Assembly: GCA_963575745.1 (NCBI GenBank)
Contig: CAUYUJ010000237.1
Location: 434,001 to 498,000 of the forward strand
Source of the DNA: Prorocentrum cordatum
Taxonomy: Eukaryota
DNA: 64,000 nt
Direction: 5' to 3'
Of the stretch, positions 13,560 to 25,290 are shown one piece after another. Position numbers and translations under genes: made by a program. The notes beneath the pieces were generated by a model. The model searched no databases and was not told where the DNA came from. It saw only the letters and a program-made list of their open reading frames with translations. Within the stretch, counting starts at the first letter, position 1, and each line of letters starts with the position of its first letter.

Positions 13560-13861
13560 AACAGGTGGCGCGGGTAGGCGGCGACTCGACGCTGGAGGTG
13601 GCAGGCCAGATCGATTTGGCGGCGAAGCTCTATGCGAGGCAGGAGCTCGGCGGTTGCATGGATGCGCTGAAGGAGCCCGTGGGGCTGCCCGAGGAGTGGG
13701 TGATCATTGCGCCCGGGGAGTTGTTCTGCGTGGTCGGCTTCGCCGTGGCCCGCGGCCGGGAGTGGCGCAGGGGCTGATCATCTACGTCGGCGACAACCAG
13801 ACGGTCCAGAGGTGGGTCGAGAGCCGCCGTCCGAATAACAGGATGGCCTGGCACTTGGTGA
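13560..13861 (+). pseudogene. DIRS-type RNase H, N-terminal part
   Basis: 'VGGDSTL', 'GELFCVV', 'IIYVGDNQTVQRW..RMAWHLV'. Cut by LINE-A. Confidence 0.75.
13847..13861 (+). repeat. 15-bp target-site duplication of LINE-A, left copy
   Basis: CCTGGCACTTGGTGA is identical at 13847-13861 and 21002-21016. Confidence 0.95.
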
Positions 13862-13862
13862 G

Positions 13863-13898
13863 TCCGTAGCCATTTGGGCTCAAGCCGTTCTGGCTCAG
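13863..13898 (+). other. Retroposed dinoflagellate spliced leader plus one SL relic
   Basis: TCCGTAGCCATTTGGGCTCAAG matches DinoSL at 21/22 (13863-13884). It is followed by CCGTTCTGGCTCAG, a degenerate CCATTTTGGCTCAAG relic. Confidence 0.93.
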
Positions 13899-13977
13899 AT
13901 TTTTCTGAGTTTGGTCGTGCAAACTCCAGGGCGGCGCTGCACGATCGAGCCTTTTTGGCTTCGTTCCAGCCTATTGT

Positions 13978-15197
13978 GTGCAGGTGGCGCCTGCAGTCCG
14001 TATGTCAGCACCAGCATGCCGCAATGGCAGTGGCGGCAATGGCGGCAATGGCGGCCAATCCTCGGCTACCTGGCGCTGCGTGTGCTGCGGGCGCAGCCGC
14101 AACAAGCTCCCCTGGTTCTGGTGCAAGCACTGCGGCGCGCAGTTGCAGAAGCCAGCTGGGCCGCAGTCTCGTGATGGCGCGTGGGCATATCCTGGCGATG
14201 GTCTTTGCCTTTTTGGTAAAGGGCCTGGTCAGCCCCCCCTGCGCCCAGGGCTCCTCAAGCAAGGATCTTCGCCTGTGCGAGCTACGGCCGCCCCGACCAT
14301 CCCGCCCGACGCCAAGCTCGAGGACATCCAGGCCACCATTGACACGCTCACCAAAGTTGGGGATCGAGTCGGGGCGGCCCACTACAGCAATATCCTCGAG
14401 CAGCGCAAGGCGAACCATGCCGCAGCAGGCAAGCAGCAGCCCCTCCAGCAGCGGGTCAACTCAGCCTTCCAGTCGGCGCGGAACCTGGAGCGCAAGCTGG
14501 AGAAGGCGGCGGCGCATTTCGAGCGACTGGAGTCTCAGTTGGCTGAGCAGAATGAATGGGTTTCGAAGGTCAACGAGGAGCTGGTGGCCGCGGAGTCCGA
14601 ACACACCCAGCTGGTCCGCGCGCTTCGCGCCTGCACCTGCGGGCCGCCGGGCCCCACTTCGCCTGCTCCAGCAAACGCGGTCACCATCTCGATTGGTGAC
14701 ATCTTGGAGAGCAAGTCTGATTCGCCCATCTCCATGGGAAGTTTCGGCCAGCTCGACGACGGCATCTACGAGCTGGACCAGCGCACTCGAGACGAAGCAG
14801 AGCAGCGCATGGAACAGCTACAGGCCGACATCAAGGCGGCTATTGGGGTGCTTTTTGGAAACTCCTCGGCCAAGATCAAGGCGGCGAAGGAGGGGCGCCA
14901 GGCCTTAGTCGGACGCCTTCAGAAGAAAACCGCGCAAGGTCGACGGTGCTGAAGGTGATCGGGGGGCCTGCATCTGGAGGCGCCGCAGCAGCCGCTCCTG
15001 CACCTGAGGGCTCGCAGTCCCCTTCTGAGCCTGCCCAGCCTGTGCCTGCCGCTACCGCGCCTGCCCCTTCAGAAGGTCCCGCGTCTTCCTCGGTTCAGGA
15101 AACGGCGCGTCGGGCCACTCGGGCGGCGGCGGCCGCCATTTTGCAGCCGGGGGAAGCCCCCCCCCCCTCCCCCTCAGGTGGCGCAGCCGCAGCCTGA
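13978..15197 (+). pseudogene. LINE-A ORF1 (RanBP2-like zinc finger plus coiled coil), frameshifted near 14930-14950; start uncertain
   Basis: 'WRCVCCGRSRNKLPWFWCKHCG'; heptad-rich 'ARNLERKLEKAAAHFERLESQL'. The tail in 14946-15197 resembles the LINE-B ORF1 C-terminus. Confidence 0.8.
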
Positions 15198-15445
15198 TGG
15201 GGGGGGGTGCCCCGCCACGCCTATCTTTGGTAGACTGGACGGGCTTAGCCAGCCCGCCACCTCCCAATCCTGGCCCAGGCTCACCTGGGTAAAGTTGCGT
15301 GCTCGGAGGGTCCTGATTTGTTTGTCGCCTACCCAGGCCCAGGCCCAGGAGCGTCAGGACCACCCCCATCCTCCTCGCCTCCGCCCTCTCCCCCCCCCCC
15401 CCCCTCCCTCCCCCCCGCCTCAGGAAGAGCTCGGACATTGCCCTG

Positions 15446-18400
15446 ATGTTTGCGACTGCCAATGTCTCAGGGCGGGGGTCTGGCCAACAGTTTTTGCTAA
15501 CTACCTCCGCGCATGTCGTCTGCATGCAGGAGCACCACCTTCTGGCAGGGGAACGTTTGGAGCAAGCCAGCGCCCGGGCTTCTCGCAACAAGTGGCGTGC
15601 CATATGGGGCCCAGCGGCTCCAGGGGATGGCATCGGGTCCAAGGGAGGTGTCGCGATATTCGTCCGAGACTTCCTGGGCTTGCACCATGGCATCGCCTCC
15701 CCGTCGCCGTCACGGGTCATTTCAGGAGTTGTGGGGTTCTTGGTGGTCTGGATGTTTCGGCTACGTCGATATACCTCAGAGATGTTACTGGCATCGACCA
15801 GTACAACCAGCAGTTATTGTCGGACGCAGGGCAGACCCCCACGGGCTCCTGCCTCCCTTGGATTATCTGTGGGGAGTTCAATCCCCCCCGTGCGATTTAC
15901 ACGAGTTTGGATTTCCTAAGCAGTGCGACGGTGGAGTGATTTTCTATCCTGCATGTTCTGGGACGTGTCAAACTACGGGCGATATGAAGATGAACGATGA
16001 TTTTGTGGCTAGCCCTGGCCTTAGCTCTGCCATCCAATCCCTGGAACTCGTGTCGGATGGAGATCTCTCGCCGCACTGGCCTGTGCAGATCACTCTGTTT
16101 CCTCAAATCGGACAGCTCCGTGCGATGACGCTTGCTCGGCCGCGGCGCATTCCGCCCGTTCGCCAGATCGGGCCGCGTGGCCCACCGCCTGACTACCAGC
16201 CAGCTAAGGACTTGCTGCAGGATGCGCTCAGGGCTGCTCGGGCGGGTAAGGGGAAGGAATCCAAGGCCCCCCTCGCGAACGCCTATCGTGCCTGGGCGGA
16301 TCTGGCGGAAGCTGAAGCTGCGGAGTTGGCGGGGGTCGAGTTCAAGGCCCCTGGGGCCCGTGGGGCCCCCGACATCGCCTGGCAACCTGTCTATTTTCGG
16401 GGCGTCACACCGCCCCGCGAGCCCGAGCTGGTCTCTGCCAGGTGGCTCCGGAAAGCCATTTTAATGCTCGAGGCCAGCATCCAGCATCCACTCCTGGCGG
16501 GCCTCTCTTTCGCCATTTCCTACGGCTTCGCTGTGCCGCCAACCATTGTGAAGCGCCAAGGTGAACATCGGCACCTGTTCCTCACGCCCCTGAGTTGCAC
16601 CACCCCTCGTCGCTCCACCCCTGGCCTGAGGGCCGCGGATGCAGGATCAGTGAGTTGCGGGGGCGCGTTGGGGATGTTTTGTACCTGGCGGAGCAGGCGG
16701 CCCGAAATGAAGCTACCCAAGGGTGGCGGACTTGGCTCCTCAAGGGAATCGACAAAGGTGGGCGTAATGTGAATTTGGTCACCATGGCCCCCACTCCCTG
16801 GCAGCCAAGCACGGTCTTGGCGGCGGGAGGAAGAAGTGTTAGTGATCCCCAGAGTGTGCTGGCTGCTGAGGCCAGCAAGTATCATTCTTTCTGGGGGGCT
16901 TCGCCTACCCCGCCGGCCCCGACGGCCGACTTCCTGCCCGCCCCCGAGCTTCCTCTCCTCGAGCTGGACGCTGCTCGGAAAATCTGCCTCCGACAAAAGG
17001 AGAGGTCGGCTGTTGCTACCGATGGATTTCACCTTCGTCATCTGGCGAGGTTGCGTGACGAGGGCCTGCAGTGCCTTCTGGACCTGTTCTTGGTTATGTA
17101 AACCTCGGGATTGTTGCCCGACCAGTTGGCGATTGTTATCATGTTTCTGATCCCTAAGGTTCCCGTAGGTGTGCGTCCCATCGTGATTTTCACGGCGCCC
17201 CACCGTGTTTAGGCTAAGGCGCGAAGGCCTATTGCCGATGCTTGGGAAGCCGCGCGCGCGCGGCCCTATTCTGCGGCAGGCTCTTTCACTGGTGCAGGGG
17301 ACACGGTCTGGAGACAACTGCTCAATGCTGAAGCTGGAGTTTCGTCTTCCAAAATCGCAGTCAATCTGCTGTGGGAATTCTTCAAGTACTATGAAGTCCT
17401 TCCTCTGCATCAGTTGCAGCAGAGATGTTGTCGGCACGAATTTCCGCTCGCTGTCAGCCGTCTGGCCATCAGTTCATATTCATCTGTGCGACACCTCACG
17501 TTCCAGACTATGGTGTCGAGTGGGGTTTTCGCAACTAATGGAGTTGTGGCAGGGCGCAGCATGGCCACGACGGTGATCCGCGTCAATGCCCTCGACCCCC
17601 TGGACGCTATATCCTGGGGCCATGTTGTCGATTGCAAGCTCTACATTGATGATGGCAGTATTTCGGCCGTTGGGGATTTCCAGGAGGTGGTGGGGGGAGT
17701 CGCAGCAGGTGCACGGCAATTACAGAAGGCGTCGATTGCGATCGGCGCGCCCCCCTCGGCCGACAAGGCCACCCTGATTTGTAGCAGTCGAGGGGCGGGG
17801 CTTCAAATCCAACAAAACCTTGGTCTGGAACTCACGAGGCCCCCCGTGCCTTCTGGGGTCAATATTGGGGTTGACGACGCGCAGGGTCGACCCCAGAGGG
17901 TCCTGGGGCGAAGCTCCAAGGCCAAAAAGAGAAGGGCGGCTGGGGGGGCCAGGGCCGTCAGGCCCGGGCGTCTCTCGAGGCGCCTTTCCCGTCGTCGCCT
18001 TCGTCGGCTCTGGGTGGCGGGCCCCTTCCCTGTGCCCAGTTATGGGTCTGAGCGTTTCGGGCTTTCCTCTTCGGGGCTCTTGAAGCTCAGGCCTTCCCTC
18101 GGGCGGCTGCTCAAGCCGTCCGCGGGCCAGCGTTCCCAGTCCACTTTGATGCTTTTAGAGGGGGGGGGGCCCACGTGGTTGACCCAGGTCTCGTGTGTTA
18201 CCAGGTGGCATAGGGAGGTCTGGGTCTCTGCCAGTGCGCTCCACCCCGCGGCGGTGCCTATCCCCCTGCTGCGTCGCTATTGGCAGGCGGTCTGGGAACT
18301 CCCCATGCCCATCTGGAGGGGTGTCTCTGGCCCCCATTTCGGCTGTCAGATTAACCTTAACCGCCTGCAGGACGATCTGGGCTCGGTGCACGAGCTTTTT

Positions 18401-20003
18401 TACACGTCCCCCGCCCTCCTCAGGACTCATCTTCGCCCGGCCGTCCTCAGGAGATTGGAGAGAGACATTGCAGCTGAGCACCACTTCGTCCACGAGCGAC
18501 TCTCCTTCGATGTGGTTTCTGCTTGTCTTCCCCCCTCAAAGTTTACCCCCTGCAGAAGGGGGCGCTGCGGGCATGCTCTTGTGATGGTATCTGGACTCGC
18601 ATGGCTGCGCGTAGTCGAGGCTATCAGTTCCCTGCTGTATGTGAGTTATGCGGTGGCCCCTTCTTTCTGACTCCGTCTTTCACCGTCTTTGGAGTTGCCC
18701 AGCTCTTGAGAGAGAAAGGAGGGAGTTGGTCGAGGAGGAGTTGTTAAATGGGGTAAAGGATTATGTCTGTTCGTCCGATAAGCTGTTCGTGGTCACCCGC
18801 GTTGCCCTGCCGCGCCCTGGAGACCGTTTCCCGCCCCCCTGTGCACATGGACGAAGACGCTTTCGAGGTCACCTGGTACGTGCCCCCTCCCCTGCCAGAG
18901 TTTTCAGGTGTTGTGTCTGTTGGCGGTTCTTGTTCTCGTAGGATTATAAAAGAGTTGTCGAGGGCCTCCTGGTCTGTGGTTCTGTATTCTAATGAGCGTG
19001 TTAGGCTCGCTTCGGTGTCTGGCCCTGTCTGGCCCCGCATGCCCCAGACGCCCCAGGCTGGAGAGTGTTGCGCCCCCTTAGCCGCTATTCAACTCATTGA
19101 AGGTCCGTCGGAGTTGGTTTCGGATTGCCTGAATGTGGTTTTGTCGTTTGCTCTGGAATGGCAGTCGCAGCTTTCCGACAAAATGGCCTGCGCGGGCCAC
19201 CTTTTGCAAGCCAGGGCTTCCGAAGGCCTTCAGCATTTGTTGAGGGTCTCCCATGTCAAGTCGCGCCAGTCCCTTGACGACCCTGACATTACCTCGGAGT
19301 TGGGTTTCTGGCGTGCTGGCAACGGCGATGCGGGTCGTCTTGCCGAAATTGCCTTGGGCCTTCATCCCACGGACCCATATTTTGAGCGCGAGCTCCAGGT
19401 CGATTTGACATGCGCCAGGGTCTATGATGTTCTGGCGATGAGTTTGTTTCCCCGATTTCAGCCCCTGCGTGAATTCGGTGAGGTGGAATATATTCAGCCG
19501 CCTAGGTCTCAGCGTGTTCTTGGCCATGAGCACAAGTGGCTCCCTCTCGGGACCTTCTGGCGTTGTTCCAGCTGTCTGAAGGTCGTCCGCCGTAAGTGGC
19601 CGTGTAAGCCTCTTCCCAGTGTTTGTTCTGGTCCAGAGAGCTGCCCACCGCCGACATAGCTGAACATGGCCATCGCTGTATCGCTCTGGATTGCAGCGAT
19701 CAGGCCATTTTCCTTATTTGTATTTCATGTAAGTGCTATTCATCCCACGGGCGTTTTAAAGGCCTGTTGGGAAAATGCGCCACCAAACCCACGACGTTTG
19801 GGAAGAGAGTTTGGTCGGCTGTTTCTCGAGGGTTGCATCCGAAGCATACGTCTATGGACCTGGCCCAGGGGCACCGAGCCCGCCCTCGTCGAGGTGCCGC
19901 CTCCCTGTCCGACTCGGAGGAGGAAGAGAGGAGGCGCGAGCTCGGTAGGTCGCTGGTCAAAACGGCTACCCGTCTTGACGCCGACTCTGGCTCCTCGGAC
20001 TGA
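15446..20003 (+). pseudogene. LINE-A ORF2: AP endonuclease, RT, RNase H and Cys/His motifs, with multiple frameshifts and stops
   Basis: APE 'FATANV', 'CMQEHH', 'GGVAIFVR', 'ICGEFN', 'LSPHWPV'. RT 'TDGF', 'GVVAGRSMAT', 'LYIDDG'. RNase H 'QTPQAGE', 'SDCLNVV', 'HVKS'. Ends LDADSGSSD*. Confidence 0.9.
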
Positions 20004-21001
20004 CGTCCTACGGGTGTCCAGGGACATACTTCTCGTGTTGGCCCACCTGGGGGGAGAGGCTTGCCACCGTCTTGGCGCTCTTTGCACCAGGGGTAGGCGA
20101 GCCCATTTCCCCCCCTCGTTTGAGGTTCAGGTGTCTAGTTGCATTATACTATGTAGTGGTAGGGCCAGGCGCGGGGTTTTAAAGACACCCCGACCGCTAC
20201 CTCTCCCTTCTCAGTCTCGTCTGCCTGCTAGTCATTGTCCCTTGCGTTGGGGCGGAAGGCGGCGGGTCCTTGGTCGCTCTGCCCAGTTGGTCCTTGGCCG
20301 TATCTGGAGGGCCCGCCAAGGGGGCGCTGGCTCAGGGGATGAGTCAGGCCCACACCAGGGGCAAACCAGGGGCCGTCGCGTCCGCCCACCAGGGTTAGGT
20401 ACACCTGTTTTGTTTTCCTGGCTGTCGTCCTGGCGTCGCCCTGTTTTTGTTTCAGTGAGTAAATGAGGTTGTGCGGAGTGCATGACTTCACCTTGGAATG
20501 TTCGGTCTTGCCCGTGGCAGTAAAGTTCAAGCTGGGAGGGGGGAGACGGCCATCCCCCGCGTCCTAGCACTTGCCCAGTGCTTGCAGTGATGTCGTGCGG
20601 TTAGCACGAGCATGCGTGGTCTTGTCTCTAGCTAGTGGCGCACGGCCCGATGCGACTGACCCTCAGGGCAGGCATCCGTGCGCATGCCCCACGTTTGGGG
20701 CGAGGCCTGCCGCCGCCCTGGCGCTCCCTGCACCTGGGGTGGCAGACCTCGTCGTCCTTGTGTGGGTGGTCGACTTCTTGTCTCAGTTTCTTGGTGGCGG
20801 CCCTGCCACCGTGCGCACTGGCGCCCCCCCCACTCCCCCTTGCAGCAAGGCCTGTTTGGTGTGGGCGGGGTTCGGAGACGCGGTCTCCCGCGTCTCCCAG
20901 ACCTCTTGCTTCCTAAAGCGTTGCAGGTTCGGTCCAAGAACAGAGGGGGTCGCCTCCAGCCCTCTGTTCGTCAAGTTTGAAGAGGTTGAAATGGACAAAA
21001 A

Positions 21002-21016
21002 CCTGGCACTTGGTGA
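21002..21016 (+). repeat. 15-bp target-site duplication of LINE-A, right copy
   Basis: Identical to 13847-13861 and directly follows the A-tail. Confidence 0.95.
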
Positions 21017-21125
21017 AGCTCTTCAATTTCGTGGAGGTCAAGTACCACTGCCGCATCCTGGCGGCGCCGCGCATCAGGGCGCGCAGCAACGAGATGGCGG
21101 ACATGACCACCAGGGCCGACGAGGC
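21017..21125 (+). pseudogene. DIRS-type RNase H, C-terminal part
   Basis: Resumes after the TSD as 'WHLV|KLFNFVEVKYHCRILA..SNEMADMTTR', containing the N..AD motif. Confidence 0.8.
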
Positions 21126-24109
21126 CGAGGTCCAGAGGCGCATGGGCCAGGCTTCCGGCCTATCGACTTGGCGGGGGCCTGGGCTGAGGTGCTCTCGCAG
21201 AGCTACGAGCGGCGCGTCCACGCGGTCGCCTTGGTGGACGCGGCCGACTGGCAGGTCGCGATGCAGCTTATGGCACGCCGGTCACCAGGAGAGGCCCCCC
21301 GGCCACTGCTGCAGACGGCCTGGCGCGCGGTGGAGGCGAGGAGCACGATGGCGCCCTGTGCGAGGCAGCGAGCGCGCTGGGAGCGCACGGCGAGGCCGAG
21401 CCGCCCTCGGGCTGCCAAGTTTCTGCGGCGGCACCGCCGCGGAGGCCGACATCGGCGCGCTGGCCGTGACCTCCTCGGTCCGACGAAGGTCGGCGCCCAC
21501 TTGCAGGACTTCGCCAAGGAGCTGAAGGGGGGGGCGGCGCAGCGGGTCCACCCCGAGGCCCCCCCCCCGGCCCTTCCGTCTCCGAGGTGCTGTTGCCGAT
21601 GGCCGGGGGGCTGCTCGACGCGCGCCGCATCCAGGAGAGGGAGTGGTTGAAGCCCGAGGAGGGGCGCTTGGCGGTGGATCCGCGCGCCGCAAGGTCACCG
21701 CGCCACCTGCCGCGGGTCGTCGGCCACTGGCATCCAGGCGGGCGGGCGGGCAGGCCCCCAGTCCACGGCAGCTCAGGCCCATCGCCGACCCCGAGAGTGC
21801 AGGAGAGCGGGGCGCTGGACACCCACCTGATCTACGATGCGAAGGGGCCGCCCCCGGGGGCCTGGGCGTCGCGGGGCTAGGGGGCGTGGCAGCTGCGAGG
21901 AGGTGCCGGCGAGGACTGGGGTCACCTGCGCGCGCGGGTGAACCAGGAGGAGGTGCTTCGCGGCGCGCTCCGCGCTTGTCCGCCGAGGGACGCGGCCGCG
22001 GCGCTGACCGCAGCACTCGCGCAGGCGGAGGCGGCCATGGAGGCGCGGGCGCGGGCGGCAGGGATTTGTCGGCGCCCAGAGGATGAGGAGAGGAGGAGAG
22101 AGCTCACTGGATGGCTGCGGGCGGACGCCAGGCGCGGGCAAGGGGCTGTCCAGGCGAGGGGGCGGCGCGGCGGCATGCTCAAGCGCGGCCACGCAGAGAC
22201 GAGGACTTGGAGATGGACAGGGGCGCGGTTCGAGCGTCGGCGGCAGGCGCAGCAGCTGGGGGCCCGCCACCAGAGGCTCCTTTCATCCCCTTTCGAGGGG
22301 GCAGCCCCGCCGGCCGCTTTGTGCGGCGCGGGCATTGCGGAGCGCAGGGCGAGGACAGGGGCGCCAGGTGCCCGATGTGCGGTTGGACCATCCCGATCCA
22401 GGAGCTCACCCCAGGAGGAAAAGAGGCGCCAGCGGAGGCGATCACGCCTCAGGCGGCGGCGTCGAGCTCTGGGCAGGGCGGCGCACCGCCGGCGCTCGCG
22501 GATCGGAGGCCGACTCTGCCTGAGCCCCTCTTGGCGGACCTTTGCCCGGACAAGCTGGCGAGGGGCCGCGACGGCGACCCGGGCGCGGGCCGAGTTTGTA
22601 GCGCAAGCGGCTGCCTCCGCGGCGGCGCGGTGACGGGGCGGGGGCAGACATGGCATTGCTGCGGGGCACGCAGGGGCACCGAGGGGCGCCGCCACGGGCC
22701 GACGCGCCCCGGAAACGCGAGGCTGCTTCCGCCGAGCCGGTGAAATGAGCCGCACCCTGGGAGCGAGGGTGCACCGAGGAGCGGCGGCACGCCGGGGGCA
22801 TCGCCATCCAGCCGCGATCGTCGCGCAGGAGGCTCCGAGGAGGAAAACTGGGGCGAGTGGACGCCGCAGGGGCGCCGCGGACGAGCCGGCGAGGCCACGG
22901 CAGGAGCAGCCGAGGTTGAGAGGGGCCCCCACCGCCCCTGGCGCCCGCGGTCGGACGCCCCCCGCGCAAGTTGGCTGGCTTCCCCCACCTGGAGCACGCC
23001 CAGCCGGAGGCGCCCTGGAGGCCAGGCTTCTGCTGCAATTAACTAGTGCGCGGGCCGGGGCGAGGGCGCCGACTGGGCGCAAGGGGGCGTCAACCACTTC
23101 AAGCACTGCGAGAAGGAACCCCGCGGCCAGGAGCTCGAGGGGGGAGGCGCCGCGTCTGCGGCCGAGGTGGGCGGAATGCGGCGCAAGCAGGCCCCGCGCC
23201 CTGAGCCCGGGAGCGTCTCACCGAGTCCGAGTGGCGTCGACGTCCGAGCGCTTCGCTAGGGGGGCGGCGGACCGCCTGCCGATGGGGAGGGCAGCAGCAG
23301 TCCGACTGACGGGACGTGCCCGCCACCATCCCTGCCCACGCTGGCGCGAAGGGAGAAGGAGAAGCGGGCGTGCAGAAGCAGCAGAAGATTGAGGCCGCCC
23401 GTCGGGAGAACGCGGCCAAGGGCTCCGGCAAGGCGGGGGACGGGCACATCCGACTCCGGGCCGTGGTTCCACCGCGGGAGGAGGTCAAGGAGGAGCAGGT
23501 GTCGGCGGATGAGTCACCCATGGAGACGGCCGCAGCAGTCGGGCAGGCGCGCCGCGCGCTGCCTCGACTGGTGGAGTTCATGGAGACTGGAGTCTGGGAC
23601 GCCCCGAAAGAGGAGGGGCGAGGCTACTCGTCGAAGGCGAAGCGTGAGGAGTCACCAGCCGACGCCCCCGCCGGCGTTGTGTTGAGGAGATTGACACCAG
23701 GGGCGTCGGGCGCAACGGCGAGCCGAGCCGCGCTGCCAGAGTCGGGACCGAGGCGGGCGCCCGCTCGGCACCCCGCGGTGGCGGAGCCGCCCGGGGCCTG
23801 CGCGAAGGAGGAGCGACAGGGGGGGGAAGATGCGGATCCGCAGGGGGCGGCGAGGCGGATCACGAGGCGCAGCGCCTTTGAGGAGGAGCCAGGGGTCCCC
23901 CCAGGCCCGTTGCGCCGCGTGGTGATGCACCGCTAGGAGGAGTTGCTGCGCGAGCAGCGCGGAGAAGTCGCGCTGCGTGAAGCGCCGGGAGTGGGGGGCC
24001 CCGAGCTCGGAGACATCGACCCGCAGGCGGTGAGCCAGTACTTGGCGGGCTTGGGTCGGCAGCTGAGGAGGCTGGCGAGGGGTGATTCCAGACGGACAGG
24101 CGGCCGGGC

Positions 24110-24225
24110 TCACATGGACTACGCCCCCGAGCTCCAGAAGCTGGTGGACGCGGTGGTGGTTGCGTCGGTCGCTCGCGGAACGAGGGCAACCTAAGGGGTC
24201 GCGCGGAGGCAGTTGACGACCTTCT
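24110..24225 (+). pseudogene. Tyrosine recombinase, N-terminal fragment
   Basis: 'ASVARGTRAT*GVARRQLTTF' resembles the 'S.A.GT...Y...W..F' start of DIRS recombinases. It joins to 31981 as 'TTFCTPVRGEPGW'. Confidence 0.6.
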
Positions 24226-25139
24226 CGGGCCCCTCCCCCACCAGGAAACGAAACCAGGGCCTCGGCAATTTTGTTTTGCATTTTTTTGAATTATTGATTG
24301 GTGGAGACAAATGCGGTCGTCGCCGCGCGCCTGCCCTGATTTAGCAATTTCGGTCGACGGACGCACGCGAAGCGCGCGAGTTTTTTTTTTTAATCATAAT
24401 TGTTTCTGCTGCGTGCCGCGTTTTCATGGCGCACGTGCCACGCCTTGCCCTTTCAGACCCAATCGCTCGCACTAGTGCGTGGACCGCATGCAGGCCGCAG
24501 TCCACGCGCGCTAACGCGGCGCAACGGCGCATCGCAACGATGTTGGGCACAATGGCATTTTTACCGCAGCGTCGCGAATTTGATAGCCACCCCGCGCGGG
24601 TGATGCCGAACGCATCCGTGTCCCACCGCGTGTGCGCCGCCGGAGCTAATTTTCCAACTGCGGTCGCGAATTGCATCGCGGGCGCGTGCCAGGCGCCCTC
24701 GACGTGTCACGTAGGCCCCTGCATTGGGCGTCCACGCATCATGTCGGGAACGTGCAAGTTTTTTACTCTCGCGCAACGCAGCGCTTTCGCCGAAAGCGAC
24801 AGCCAGGTTTCTCCGGCAGGAAGACCGGCGGGGAGGGGTGACATGGGAGGCGCGCGCGAATGAGGGGGGGAGGGGCAATGCGGCGAGGAGGAGGAGGATG
24901 GAGGCGGAAGGCGGATGAAACGCGGAAAGGGGGGGGGGGGAGGGGCAACGAGGGTGGTTGAGGGGGGCCGGGGGCGCTCAGGGCCCCTCTTGGGGGCCCT
25001 CTCGGAGCCGCCCTGGGGCTCTCTACGAGCCTCGGAAGGCGCCGAAAGGGCCCCAAGATAACCCCATGAGAGCCCACAGAGAGCCCTGAGAGGGGCCCTG
25101 AGAGTTCCCCTCTGCTGTCCAGATGGCGGACCCTGCCGC

Positions 25140-25290
25140 TGAGGTCTGCGGTGGAGATCCCGATGGGGCCGCGAGCCTTTTGATGGGTGCGCTCAAATGG
25201 AGCGGCGTCGCCATGTGGACCCCGCCACTGGCGTCTCCGGTGGGGCCCCCCCTATGCGGCCACGGAGCGATGCGTTGGGTGTGCCGAAAC
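25140..25290 (-). repeat. Degenerate units of the 101-bp satellite family, reverse orientation
   Basis: 'ccatgtggaccccgccactggcgtctccggtggggcccccctatgcggccacg' is the reverse complement of the satellite core. Confidence 0.65.

Larger units (their letters stand above)
13862..21001 (+). mobile_element. LINE-A: full-length non-LTR retrotransposon (ORF1; APE-RT-RNase H ORF2), SL-headed, decayed
   Basis: 15-bp TSDs, 5' DinoSL, A5 tail (20997-21001), and domain motifs collinear with LINE-B. Confidence 0.93.

Noticed and set aside
13863..13884. SL RNA gene here or at 40733
   Set aside because: The SL is followed by CC rather than the GT donor of an SL intron, and it forms the 5' end of a TSD-bounded LINE.
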